NCBI RefSeq assembly: GCF_947568905.1
Contig: NC_079169.1
Coordinates: 2,604,001-2,668,000 of the forward strand
DNA length: 64,000 bases
Source of the DNA: Ostrea edulis
Taxonomy: Eukaryota
Direction: 5' to 3'
The notes under the pieces: model-generated
Databases searched by the model: none
The model's input: only the letters and a program-made list of their open reading frames with translations
What the model was told of the DNA's origin: nothing
In this document: in pieces, positions 25,812 to 38,789 of the stretch
Layout: each line of letters starts with the position of its first letter
Position numbering within the stretch: the first letter of the stretch is position 1
Program-made: the position numbers and the translations under genes

Positions 25812-26147
25812 TTAAGCCAATTAAAATTAATTGATAGATTATCATCCCTGCCCGGCTCTCAAAAAAGGACCAACCCCGAATTTTTTTATTTTCGCAAAAA
25901 ATACAATTTCAAACAAACTTGCTTCCCAGTGACATGAGTAAATGATTAAAGTCACAAAATGTTGGTTTTATATCTTCTACCAAGGATTCTTTGAATGTTA
26001 ACTTGATTAACACTTTGTGTGATGCCTTTTGTCAGTAATTTTTTTCTCGGGAAATCAAAAATAAAAACATAAAATCCTCTCCCCGCCCCATATTTTTTGT
26101 GAACCCGGATTATAATTTACTAATTAAGTTGAATTGATTGGCCTTAA
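25812..26147. mobile_element. TTAA-flanked non-autonomous DNA element (Kolobok/piggyBac-like)
   Basis: TTAA-(G)GCCAATTAAAATTAATT ... AATTAAGTTGAATTGATTGGCC-TTAA imperfect TIRs. Confidence 0.6.
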
Positions 26148-26149
26148 AG

Positions 26150-26545
26150 AAGTTAGATGTATTCTCTATGTCAAAACTCAAAAAGTCCAAAAACCTGTAA
26201 TTTTCTCAAAATTAAAAAAAAAAAAATCAAAATCCTTGCAACATGCACATCTTCAATATTTATACAAACACTCTGTAAAATAAAAGGGTCCTGACTCGAA
26301 AACTGTGGGAGGAGTTAGACGGACAAACCATGTACCATCAATATACCATTAAATATCAAATAAAGGGGCAAAACTCCTGCAAGAGAGGTCAAAATGAATC
26401 AAAATTACAAACATGATCTTGAGTGATCCACAAAGAAGCTAATCAACATGTTTCAGCTCAACATGTGGCAGAGAAATGAAAATAGAAGCAGAAACCCCTG
26501 AACAGGCAGACAGACAAACATGCTCCCTCTTAAAAACGAGCATTT
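26150..26545 (+). mobile_element. Degenerate HINE body and terminus, same family as 27085-27812
   Basis: Shares CATGCACATCTTCAATA...AAAACTGTGGGAGGAGT...AAGGGGCAAAACTCCTG blocks with 27230-27800; decayed GACA microsatellite and terminal hairpin. Confidence 0.7.
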
Positions 26546-27084
26546 CAATCTAAGCATAATATCCTAAGCACTATAAGTAGAATAATGGCTACTTGATGCC
26601 ATGTTGATCATCACCATCAGAGACCCGTCATGCACAGTACTAATTAGGTATTAAACCAGAAACATCAATGTCTGATCAGAACGAGATAAACCTGTCTGTC
26701 AACACGTTAGGTCACTCTCTGCCCTCTGGACATCAGTGGACAGAGCAGTCACAGTATACCCACATGTACTATACACAACTGCAACTGTAAAATGCTTCAG
26801 GTCTATGACAGTTTCTTATAGATATATCTTGTCATGTGTTAAGATATACATGTCAAATAACTCACGTCAAATTAGCCATATACAATATTAAGACCTAACC
26901 AGATTTCCAGTCATTACCAAAGTTTTGAAGACATGTATTGTCTTCTGTTTAATGAAGAGTAGAGCCTGGCCCTCTGTTTTCTCTCCTTGTCATATCTCTA
27001 TCTGGCTAAATCCCATTACAGCTTAATTCTGTTTACAAAAATGAAAATCCCGACGTATATTTAACAAGTCTTGAAGAGTACCAC

Positions 27085-27812
27085 AAACGGTACATAATAC
27101 GCCCGTGAAATGCTTACATAGGGTGTTTTTTTGTGCCATAATTTGTATAATTTTGCTTCAGGTAGTATCAGCCATTACGAGGCTGTGACAAACTTTCATA
27201 TGAACAAAGGGTCTTACCTTAAAAATCGAGATTTCCTCAAAATGGACCAAGTTCAACAACCTGTAATTTTTTCAAAAATGGAAGAAAATCAAATTCCTTC
27301 CCCAGATGCACATTTTCAATACCCATACAAACACTCCACAAGATAAGATGGTCCTCACTTGAAAACTGTGGGAGGAGTTGGGCGGACAAATTATGTACCC
27401 TCCATAGAATATTAATTTCCAAATAGACTAAGTTCAACAACCTGTAATTTTTTCAAAAATTGTAGAAAATCAAAATCCATCGCACATGCACATCTTCAAT
27501 ACCCATACAAACACTCCACAAAATAAAAAGGCTCTCACTTGAAAACTGTGGGAGGAGTAGGGCGGACAAATTACGTACCCTCCATATAATAATTATTTCC
27601 AAATAAAGGGGCAAAACTCCTGGAAAAAAGGTTGAAATGGATCAAAATTGCAGTATGATCTAGAGTGACCCACAAAGAAGCTACACAGCAAGTTTCAGCA
27701 TGATATGTGAAAGGGAAATGAAATTATAAAGAGAAAACCCCGAACGGACGGACGGCCTGACGTACAGACATCGCTGTAACATAATATGTTCCATCTAAAG
27801 ACGGGCGTATAA
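27085..27812 (+). mobile_element. Helentron-associated non-autonomous element (HINE)
   Basis: Subterminal inverted repeat ATACGCCCGT (27097-27106) / ACGGGCGTAT (27801-27810), internal ~180-bp tandem units, (GGAC)n microsatellite near the end. Its left ~110 bp recurs at 60175-60290. Confidence 0.75.
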
Positions 27813-28047
27813 AAAAAAAAACTACTCTCATTAAATTAGCTGATCTAGAGCATTATGTGATTCTGGAATCACTGCCAGAGTCATAACAAAATTGTAAACC
27901 AACTTTTATTCATAAGAAAAATCTGCAAAACTTGCGAGCATATTCTGGCAAAAAAATCCTCACAACAAACAAATTAAGATTTTGATGTAAAAATTGAAAA
28001 CATTGGCTCATGTGTGAACATTATTCAATGCAAACGCTTTTCTTATC

Positions 28048-28316
28048 GGCATCAGTTGTGATAGCTCTGTGGTAGAGCGTTCTCTTCATAACCAGGAGGT
28101 CGCGAGTTTGAGCCCAGTTCAATCACGGATTTTTCGAATATGACCTTAAAAACGGAGGTCCCATGTCCGGCAGGCATTGGTACTTTAAAGAACCCTCACG
28201 TGATGCTAAGGCCATAAGCACTAAGCATAGGTATAAAGTATTTGTGGTAGTTCACCTATAGCTGATGACATCTCAATATGAGTGAAAAATTCTGGACGGA
28301 CATAAAGCAAACAACC
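28048..28316 (+). mobile_element. Near full-length tRNA-derived SINE
   Basis: A-box-like TAGCTCTGTGG (28062), B-box-like GAGTTTGAGCC (28104), shared central core and AAAC-type tail. Confidence 0.8.
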
Positions 28317-29984
28317 TTATCTGGTGAATAAAAGTAGTCACAAATTAAAATAAGTTTAAATTAACAAGCAATAACTATTTGATCTCTGAATAATTCTTTT
28401 ATAAAAGTTTTAGCCAAGGGTTTATCTGAAACTCGGCTCTTAATTCAACTTCAATTTAAGTTAATACATCATGTACACCACTAAAAAGATCCTTGGGAAA
28501 CTCAAGATGGACATTGTACTAGGATCTGTGTCCTGCATACCCTGCACTTGCATGTGTTTTTCTAAATAATTCAAACTGTTGTACATTTTTTTTTTTAATT
28601 ATTTAGAAAAACTGGGCGCCACCATATAACTGAAAAATTGTTGAGTGTGGCGGAAAACATCAAATCAAATCAAAAACTGTTGTACATGCAGTTAAGCATG
28701 CATGGTTATGAATCTGTAATGTATGATTATGGATGAGCAGAGATTTTAAGATTTTTTTGTCTACCATAAGTCAATTGATGTTTTGTTTCAACACAAAAAG
28801 GCATTAAATTCCATTAAAAACCATAACATTTTAAAGACAGTTCTAAGTGCCATAAATGAGTCAACTTCTATGGTTTTTTTTACTATATATAATCACTGAA
28901 AACCAGAAAATTGTCTAAGTCAATATATAATAACTTAATTGTACACCATAAACAACACAAATATCTACAGTTTCTGGTCTCAGTGTCCTTTTTCCTGAAC
29001 AGCCATACATATTATATGACACTCAAGGTTTTTGTTCCACTCTTACAAAGGTTTATATACAACTGAGAGCTTAAAGTTGATGTCAAAGTTTCAGTTGTCA
29101 TATTTCTGCAGTAGTTGGGCAAAGTTTTAAATCTATTTTTAATAGACTTTATGCCCAGATGTTTTGTTATGAACGCTTTAGATTTCATAATGATTGGAGC
29201 AAAAATGAGTTCAGAATGATTTTTCATACAAAAGATATTTTTCAATGAAATACTGAGCATACAATTAATTAAACATCGACAGTTGGCTCATTTACGACAC
29301 TACGCTGTAGGTATATACTGTGTTTAGATGTCTTCACACCGATCTGATCAAACAGTTTCTAATCTGTTAGCAAATAACATGAAAATAATTTAATCAGATG
29401 ATATTGCATACCTTAATGTCATTATGAATTACATGCTAATTAATTTTCATTCAGCTGTTGGTACTGGGCCAAATGCATAGTATTTTATAGCTATTGTAAC
29501 AGTCGTTACATCATGTTATGTAACAAAATAATCAAATCCAAAGTACATAACCAGAGGGGCAGTAAATTGGAACAATGGTGAACATTTGAAAAACTTGACC
29601 GTTAATTAAAAAAAGGAATCCCTCTGATCACACACACAAACACAAAGAATGGGTGGGACCAAAAACATATAGCATGTTGATAGCAAATGTCAAAACAATC
29701 CTTTGTTGTGTTACAGGACCGAAATAAACAATTTATACGACTGGTTTATACACCAAATAACAGTTTCACACAGAGAGGGTAAAAGTAGCAGTTTCTATAG
29801 CCAAGCTGTGCCTTTATTGTCCTCCAATCCATAAAAACTGTTATAAAGTACACGTAAAACAAAAATAATATACCTCAATACTTCTAATTCTTGCGCCATT
29901 TTACGTATTTCAATTAAATATTAGTATATAGTCAGCTATGGTGCAGTATTTTTGTCCAATCTCCAAACTTACATCTATTTAACT

Positions 29985-30140
29985 ACTGTACAGTTTTATT
30001 TGAGTTGAACCCTCCTTAAATACTGTCACCAAACTTACACCTAACTGCAGTTTTATTTGAGTTGAACCCTCCTTAAATACTGTCACCAAACTTACATCTA
30101 ACTGCAGTTTTATTCGAGTTGAACCCTCCTTAAATACTGT
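29985..30140. repeat. 57-bp minisatellite x3
   Basis: CAGTTTTATT starts at 29991, 30048, 30105. Confidence 0.93.
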
Positions 30141-31831
30141 CTCTGTTTTTTTGTTTTTTTTTTCATTTTCTAATAAAGTTTTAATTATACATTCAACATC
30201 ACAGATGAAAAAAAAATAACAACAACAACAACCAAAATCAGAAATTCTTCCATAGAGTAGATCTCCAACCAGAGCTTAATCAACAAGCTTTAACGAGGTG
30301 TATATGCTAATTAGACAGGGCTCATTTATCACATATTGATGGAACAGCTTAATCCTACATACAGACCCTGATTTCAGAGTGATTGAATGTGTCTGCTTAC
30401 AACAGCTTTTTAATTGTCCAAGTTTTCTTATAGATTACATACAAAATTCCTTCAAATTGACTTTTTATGGTTATAAATGATACATTTCTGGATCAGCTGA
30501 TGCATTCTATGTTGCTGGAGAATTTTATATTGGCCACTTCATAAATCAGTCCTAAATACACACAAAGCTGCACTACTTTCATTTATCACTGGGTGGAATA
30601 AATCATGTACACATAGCATTACTTACCTATATATAGAGTATCTACATTTATTAAGACTGCATGCACTTTATCCAGTTTGCTAGCTAATGCACACTTTATA
30701 CTCTCCTGAAAATTGAAGAAAAGAAATCATTAGAACAGTGTTAAGTATACATAGTTTTACACATACTTTTTAGTTTACTCGGCAATACACCTCAACAGCC
30801 AAATATTTATGGTTTTAAAAAAAATCATCCGATGTCTTGAATCTGCAAGACATACAAGGGAAATTAAATCATTGCGATATATTTTAATGAAACATCTGAA
30901 ATTGAATTTACCTTTTCCTGCACAGCCTGACTTTAATTTCCAGCTATATATGAAAACCAATTTATTGAGGTAAATCCATTAACTTTCCTGCAGTATCAAT
31001 TTTGGCTCACTCTATGTGTTTATTTCAGAATACATTACCTGTCAGAAAGCCTTGGGGTACTTCAGTGATCATGTACATGGAAAATGACAGGCTACAAAAG
31101 TATAGGATGCCACACCCCCAAGTGTCAACAGCCAGGTAAATCCAAAAATCTACAAAGGAAAATCCTTACTTTATATGTCTAAATATCTTATTTTCTTAGG
31201 TTTTAATCAGTAAACACCAAGGTGTGATAGACAGTAGTGAATCTCTCTCTATATTTATGTAGGATAAAATTCAAAATTTCATGAATCCAATTGAAGAGCA
31301 AATTTTACTATTTAAATGTACGGTTTTACATAGGATGCATTATGCTCCTGACATAGTTTTGAAACATCGCTGTTTTTATGCGATAGAAATCTTTAAAAAA
31401 TGCAATTATACTGCTCTGACTGACAGATGCCACTGCATTCAGAATAAAATGAGATGAATAGCGCATCAATCTTTGTATACCCGTATACAAACACATGTAT
31501 TAAACAGATATGTAAAATAATGCAATCAGATAACTCGTACACATTCCAGCAACCTCAAAACATATGTGAAAGTAAGAAATTTATCTAAACTAAACAAAAC
31601 CCACAAAAGACGTGCCCGTGTTAAGAGACAGTTTAAGTATTGAGAAGATTGTTTGTTTAAGAATTATAGTATAAGAGTTAATGGAACAAATATGCCAGTG
31701 TGTGTGTGTGTTATTTCACTCCAGCAAAATACATATCTCATTTAACGGCCAAAGAAAAGAGCAATTACATTCAATGTATATATGATGGTACACGTAAATA
31801 CAGATTAGTAATATATATACATTTCTTACAA

Positions 31832-32030
31832 GGTGTCCAGGTAGTGCAGAGGTAGCACTCTTGCTTCTCTGACCATTGCAACCCGAGTTTGATCCCCGTA
31901 ATCAGCAATGGTATGCAATAGTAAGTGATAGGGTATGGTGGTCACCCGCTCAGACACGTGGGTTTCCCCCTGGTACTCCGGTTTCCTCCCACATAAATGA
32001 CCCCCTAGCACCAACATCCATTTATCAAAG
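31832..32030 (+). mobile_element. tRNA-derived SINE with V-domain-like core
   Basis: Degenerate tRNA head (GTAGTGCAGAGG...GAGTTTGATCCC) followed by GTGGGTTTCCCCCTGGTACTCCGGTTTCCTCCCAC (31958-31992), matching the V-SINE core as I recall it. Confidence 0.7.
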
Positions 32031-32849
32031 GACCCCATCGGAAATAAGCTTTCGAGATTCATGGGTTATCCTTGGTATGTACGTATATTTGTATGCATAT
32101 ATACCGAATAAACATTTATTTATTTATTCTATATGTGTCACATATCAATGCCCCTGTCAGCAGTGTCAAGCAAAGAGTATATACTACAGTACAGCTCATT
32201 AAGCTTCCAACTTTAAGAATCACAACCCTGCATAAATTAAGGTATCTCATATCTGAAACTCGCAGAAGCTAGTGTAACTAATAAGATTATCAGGTTCACT
32301 ACCAATATCGCATGAAATTTAAAAAATCCATCCAAGTACTGCCACAACTCTGTTGAAACTAAGTGTATTGGGATACTCTGAACTAGTAAGTACTGGTACT
32401 AAAAGACAAGAAAATAATACGAAGCAGGTCAAGTGGAAAACTATACAGGAATTGTAGATATTAATTATCAGACAAAAGGGCCATAACTCTGCTGAAATCA
32501 GAAAAAGGCCCGTTAGTTATCACTGCATGATTATACACACCGAACATCATGCAGCTCGCATTCTGTGGCCATACAGATCGGAAAGAGTCTACATAACTAC
32601 TTTATCAGAGAACGAGAAAAGACTGGAGGAAGAGAAGAAAGGAGTATCCCTAGTCATTTCATGCCAAGTCTCTAAAATTATCCATTCAGGAAAATGGCAA
32701 TATTAATCTGATAACTTACTCTAAACCTTAACAGGTACATTAAGGCAGGTAGTACTCCATTTATTTCCCCAACCCTACCATACCCGAGGCATTAAACACC
32801 TAGTAGCTGCTCCTTCCCTAGGTGCCTCGGTTGGAGGTTTAAGTCATGA

Positions 32850-33030
32850 ATCTTTTGGGCGAGACCTAAAAACTAAGGTCCCATGTCACAGTAGGCATTC
32901 ACGTGATAAACAACCTTCACTGCTAAGTGGCCCCGAGTGCCTAGCACACGTATAAATTTGTGGCACTTCACCTACAGCTGGTGACATCTTTTTACGAGCG
33001 AATGATTTTTGAAGGAAAGTAAAACCACAA
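32850..33030 (+). mobile_element. Old diverged SINE copy (same core as 14966 and 28048)
   Basis: AAGGTCCCATGTCACAGTAGGCATTCACGTGATAAACAACC...TTCACCTACAGCTGGTGACATC. Confidence 0.65.
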
Positions 33031-34063
33031 ACGTATCACATAAATATGAAGCAAATGCTGTACAAAGCTATTAAAATCAGTTTTATCCATTAATGAATGT
33101 GTGTGGAAGGGGGGGGGGATATGTCTCCTATATTGACACAAATTAATCATATTGATTTGATATACAGTCATATGTATCATCAATTTAAAAAAACATTTTA
33201 TTTTTTTTCATTTCTAAAGATTTTTTCTTGAAATCTTCAGAATTGCAATCTGGGTTTGTCTTTTTTTAAAAATGCACATGAAACATTGAATAGTTTCTTC
33301 CTAATCAACTCTACGTCTGATAAACTTAATTAATTCAATGGAGAATCACATCTGATAAAGTCAAGTTTGTAAAAGAAAAACAATCTTTGATGTTGCACAA
33401 TGAAGAAGGACATTTAAATTGCCTTGAAAATTCTTAGTTTATCCAAGGTGTAATAAAAATTGTAATGAAATTATACAAAAAATTCAGCTGTCAAAATAAA
33501 TGAGTCAAGCAGAGGTTCAGGTGAGTGACTCCTAGCACACATTAACATAATCCTGTCACATTTATTTTTCATGTTCATAATATCTCCCTAGCTATACATA
33601 TCATCGTTATTAACAGCCAGGCCAGAGGGGCATGCAGCGTCCTTAACATTGCAAGTTACATAAAAAGAATTATAGTTTAAAAACGCGGCGTGTCAGGACA
33701 CTCACATTTAAAACATGCATATCATTATCACAAAATTATCTGTACTAGAGCTTCAATAAAAATTGTTTATACCACCATATTCTGCTATAAATACGCCTTT
33801 GCGATACATGATTTTAGGTATGGACAGGTTGTTATAGTATTTCAGTGTATAGTTATATACATTAATTCAGCAAAATTAATTTCAATGATTTCAAGCAATA
33901 AATAAGGGTTTTATTTCAATTATCAAAGAAATAATAATGCAACTAGTTTTAAAGTTGGCTTCTTAAAAACTCCTTTTAGTTATGCGCATTGAGTTTGATT
34001 CTTCAAAAAATTACATAAAGATATATATTTTGTGACCACATTACAAAATAATTAAAGGAAATT

Positions 34064-34068
<5 letters not shown>

Positions 34069-34118
<50 letters not shown>
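34069..34118. repeat. (GA)n microsatellite
   Basis: About 25 uninterrupted GA units. Confidence 0.98.
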
Positions 34119-34121
<3 letters not shown>

Positions 34122-35399
34122 TATATTATTTGAACAGTAATAAAATCCATAAAACTTTTATAATTTTTTTTTTTAAATTGTTTTAAACACATATCAAGTA
34201 TACATACTGTATAACAGGTTTACATTATGAACCTTCAGGACCAGAGAAAAACAGTTAAGATTTAACAAGCTTTGTTATATCAAATAAAATGTTGGCATCT
34301 AATTCCTCTAATAGGGAAACAATCATCACTTCACAATAAGCATGCATTCGTTATAACCATGTTCATTATACGCATGTTTAACTGCATTACTAATTAATGC
34401 AAAACATATATAATTCACATAAATATTATACTAAGTTACATATGATGTACTTTAAAATTATACCTGCATAATCATACATTACCTGTCACTGTTACTAAGC
34501 CAAGAGATAAAAGTAAAATGAAGATTGACCATTACTGAAGCAATGCCTAAAAGATCAATACACATGGATTATACTAATCAACTTTCTACTATGTTTTTGC
34601 CAATAACAAGACACACTAATTAATTTGAAACTTTTGCCACATTTCCCACAAGAGTAATGAATTTATTCGTGTCAATTATCAGCTTATTTCTATAACTACA
34701 AAAACACTTCTAATGTCACAACTGTTCATTAGAGGTTTGCAGTAAGTGTCAACCTTAATAGGAATGTTAATTCATATCCTTATATCAGGTTTATGAAAAT
34801 GACAATGATTGGTATCTGAATTGAGGGTAAATATTCTCATTAAGAATAGAAATCATTAGGGACACACTGATTATAATGAGGAGTTGATGAGTATCAAGGT
34901 GTCAAGAAATACATCACGTTGCCACTGACAGGACCATGTCTAAAGTGATGTTCAACACTGACCAACAAGTCTTGGTCCCTGGTTAACCCCCAACAGGTGT
35001 CCGTGATGACCAATAAACAGATTTACAAGCAAAAAATGACCCAAGAGGACTTTTTAAGCTTTCCTTGAAGTGGTCAAAATGTAACTGAAAGGACTTCTTT
35101 TATGATGTGGTCAAAATCTTAAAATTCCTATGCTTTGACATGCATGGAAGTATTTGTAAATTATTTATAAAGTTAATATAGAGACTTCAAAGTTATACTT
35201 GCCTAAAAATGACTTTACTGGGACCCCTGCATTACAAATCATACACATGCTCAGCTCCACCACACTATCAGACTGATATTCAAAGTACTGGTACATTTAA
35301 TTTTAATTGTCAGTAAACCTAATAGTAAATTTGCTACAATATACTTTTATCATTTATTTTTCTATCAAACACAGGTTATTTTGCAAGTGTTACATTGAC

Positions 35400-35770
35400 A
35401 AACGGGATGTGTTTGTGAAATAGTCATTGATGTCCCCATTCCAAGGTCATGAGGTCAAATATTTTGGTATGAAAAGAAAAGTCTTGATACAAGGAATACA
35501 CATGTGAAATATGAAACCCCTATTATTATCCATTCAAAAGTAATGGCCTGGGTTAAAGTTTTATGTCAAAAGTTGGTCAAACCTTAAGGTCAAGGCCACG
35601 AGGTAAAAACTTTTGGTACCAAAAGAAAGGCCTTGTCACAAGGAAAACGTGTGAAATATGAAACCCCTCTCATCATCCACTCAAAAGTTTTGACCAAGGT
35701 GAGAGTTTTTGAAGACAGACACACAGAACAAAAACTTTTGACCTGATTCTCCAATTACGTGGGCATAAAA
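35400..35770 (+). mobile_element. HINE carrying ~165-bp oyster-satellite-like units
   Basis: ACAAGGAATACACATGTGAAATATGAAA(G/C)CCC...TCAAAAG...GGTTAAAGTTTT units, GACA tail, GGGCATAAAA end; same family at 39120-39635. Resembles the 166-bp Crassostrea satellite from memory; unverified. Confidence 0.7.
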
Positions 35771-35964
35771 CAGTTATCCTAAATATTTACCTTCCTATTA
35801 TCAGTTGTGAAAAGTTACACCTTTTTCACTGTCACACCAAACTTACTCAAAGACTTCAAGGTGCTCTACTCCAATAAATACATGAAAGTTTACAATCTTT
35901 TTTTAACAAAGGTCATTGTGTGCAGTTGAAATGGCCATTCTGCAACAGTAATGCTTACAATGCA

Positions 35965-36604
35965 AATGTTTAAACTTCCTGTCACTAGAGCTGTCCGAAT
36001 AAGACCAACTACCCCCTCATCCATATCAAATGTTTAAACTTCCTGTCACTAGAGCTGTCCGAATAAGACCAACTACCCCCTCATCCATATCTAATGTTTA
36101 AACTTCCTGTCACTAGAGCTGTCCGAATAAGACCAACTACCCCCTCATCCATATCTAATGTTTAAACTTCCTGTCACTAGAGCTGTCCGAATAAGACCAA
36201 CTACCCCCTCATCCATATCTAATGTTTAAACTTCCTGTCACTAGAGCTGTCCGAATAAGACCAACTACCCCCTCATCCATATCTAATGTTTAAACTTCCT
36301 GTCACTAGAGCTGTCCGAATAAGACCAACTACCCCCTCATCCATATCTAATGTTTAAACTTCCTGTCACTAGAGCTGTCCGAATAAGACCAACTACCCCC
36401 TCATCCATATCTAATGTTTAAACTTCCTGTCACTAGAGCTGTCCGAATAAGACCAACTACCCCCTCATCCATATCTAATGTTTAAACTTCCTGTCACTAG
36501 AGCTGTCCGAATAAGACCAACTACCCCCTCATCCATATCTAATGTTTAAACTTCCTGTCACTAGAGCTGTCCGAATAAGACCAACTACCCCCTCATCCAT
36601 ATCT
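35965..36604. repeat. 64-bp minisatellite x10, almost invariant
   Basis: Unit AATGTTTAAACTTCCTGTCACTAGAGCTGTCCGAATAAGACCAACTACCCCCTCATCCATATCT. Confidence 0.98.
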
Positions 36605-37452
36605 AATGTCTTCAATACCTGATGGGAATTCTGATTCATGCGACCATAACTTTTTACGACCTTGGTGTGAGGTTCATGAATCACAGTATAAAATTTGCCA
36701 AAAGCAACCTTTGTCTACAGTATGGAAGTCTCTGTTCCTCCACAACAAAAATATATGAATTGGTCAAAACTTTCTACTGTGTCCTTGATCAAATGCCCCA
36801 AGTTCTTGGAACTTTCAAATTCAACTTACTAAAGTGAAATAACGCAGTTTCATAGAAAGTTTCAGTAACAAAAAAATGACACTCCTGCTAGATTTGAATC
36901 CACAATCTACATATTGGCAGTAAAACACATTAACCCACTTTACAGCTATCCAGCCAAACAATAAGATTATAAACAATAAGGAATATATTGCTGATACTTA
37001 TTTCTCCATTTGGGTTTCAGATGGATTATGTATAGTTTGGATAACTATCTTAAAACTTTTCTCCCTGAGACCTTAAACTTATCCAAATGATTTTGGTTCA
37101 AGGTCATGATAAACCCTTGTGTTATAAGCAACAATCTCTAAAGTTTATTACAAATTTTACCCCTTTTCTCTTACTGACCTTCTTGTCCAAATGATCTTGA
37201 GCTAGATTTATAGCTCAACCTCATATGAAAACTAACTTCAGCATGAAGGAAGAGCATCTAATTTTAATTTGTTAAAAAGATATGGACCATTCATGACTTG
37301 CACAAACAAACAAATATAGAATAAAATCAATAGCACTTCCGCATCCTCAATGTCAGGTCCAAATTACGGTAACTGATTTTTTGCAGCAGTCTTCTGCAAA
37401 AATTAGGAGGATAGTCCAGTGTAGGTATGGTTGCCTGTAAGATATCATCTAC

Positions 37453-37901
37453 TAGGATGTAGTGGTCTCAATTCAATGTTCGATTTATTTGGGGTCTGTT
37501 TCGGTTCGATACGGTTTTAAAATCATAGCACACATTGCTCTTGATAACACGGTTCCTGATTAGCCAATGGAATTGAAAATTGCCCAATCAACATACGAGT
37601 AAACTTTGCTGTATCAAAATGGATGCAGTCGAGTTGAAAAATGCACCCCCAATGTATAAATCCTGGGTATGGCGACATTTCGGCTTTAGGACAAGTGATA
37701 AGAGTGTTGCTCTATGTTAAACGGTTTTACATTATGTAGAATTTATTTGCAGAAAGCAATAAATACAACGAAACATAAGAAAATCTTAGCATTATGAAGA
37801 ATTTGGTACACGCTATTGTATCGAATCGAAAATCATCGAATCGAGACTAAAGTATCGAAAATCGAATCGAATCGAGAAGGTACTGTATCGTTTCACCCCT
37901 A
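37453..37901. mobile_element. Non-autonomous hAT-type element
   Basis: TAGG...CCCCTA termini, ATCGA-rich subterminal repeats, perfect 8-bp TSD TCATCTAC at 37445-37452 and 37902-37909. Confidence 0.8.
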
Positions 37902-38789
37902 TCATCTACATGTATACCTTGTAAACCTGTTAACAGCTACTTGTAGGCTTTAACATATAACATCCTCTACCTGATTTGGGGACAACTCCCATCATTTTAG
38001 GACGATTTCACAAATCAAAAGTCGAACACAGAAATGGTCATGCAATTAAACACCATGGTGCATCCCATGCAAAAACACATGTAGTGAAATAACTTTGCAT
38101 TGGCAAGTAAAATATTAATGGGTGTATATATTGATACATTTTCCAAAAAGTTCTGGTCTTGTCCATTGAAGTTTGACTTAAAAACCCAAATACTGCGCCA
38201 ATTTTCAACAGTTTACTTGGTCCATGTACCAGTGCAACATTCACAACTTTCACATAATCATCTTAATGTAGTAAGAAACTTATCATGGGTAAAAGGCAGT
38301 AAAAATGTTATAACAATAAAACATTGAGAAGATGCCTGAAGCACATAAACATGTGATCTTCAAAGACTTAATACAAATATCATAAAAGAAATTGACCTAA
38401 TACATGTACATGATTACGTTCAATAATACAGAGATTGAATGCACATATTTCGCACACAATCAAGTCTTAAGTGCACATCTTTCCTAAAATGTTTGCTAAA
38501 TTCTTAACACTGAGGTACCTTAATGTAGGTATATCAACACACATACTCTATAAAACATTAATCTGACCCTCCACTACAGCCTAGGGAAGTACTGTCTGAA
38601 TTTCAGTGAATATTGTTTTCATTTTGAAACCTTGTAACATGCTAAATGTTGACCATTGCCATTGGTATCATTCTACACTCAGAATGAATTGAAACTGATT
38701 CAGTATAAGTTCGTAACATACAGATGTCTTTCTGTCGGACATTGAATCATTGCTGAGGTTTACACCAACACATACTGTTTAGGCTTTTT

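Noticed and set aside
28048-28120. tRNA-like A and B boxes as a tRNA gene
   Set aside because: The B box is degenerate, no full cloverleaf or poly-T terminator is evident, and it continues into a SINE core seen three times in the window. The same applies to 31832-31900.
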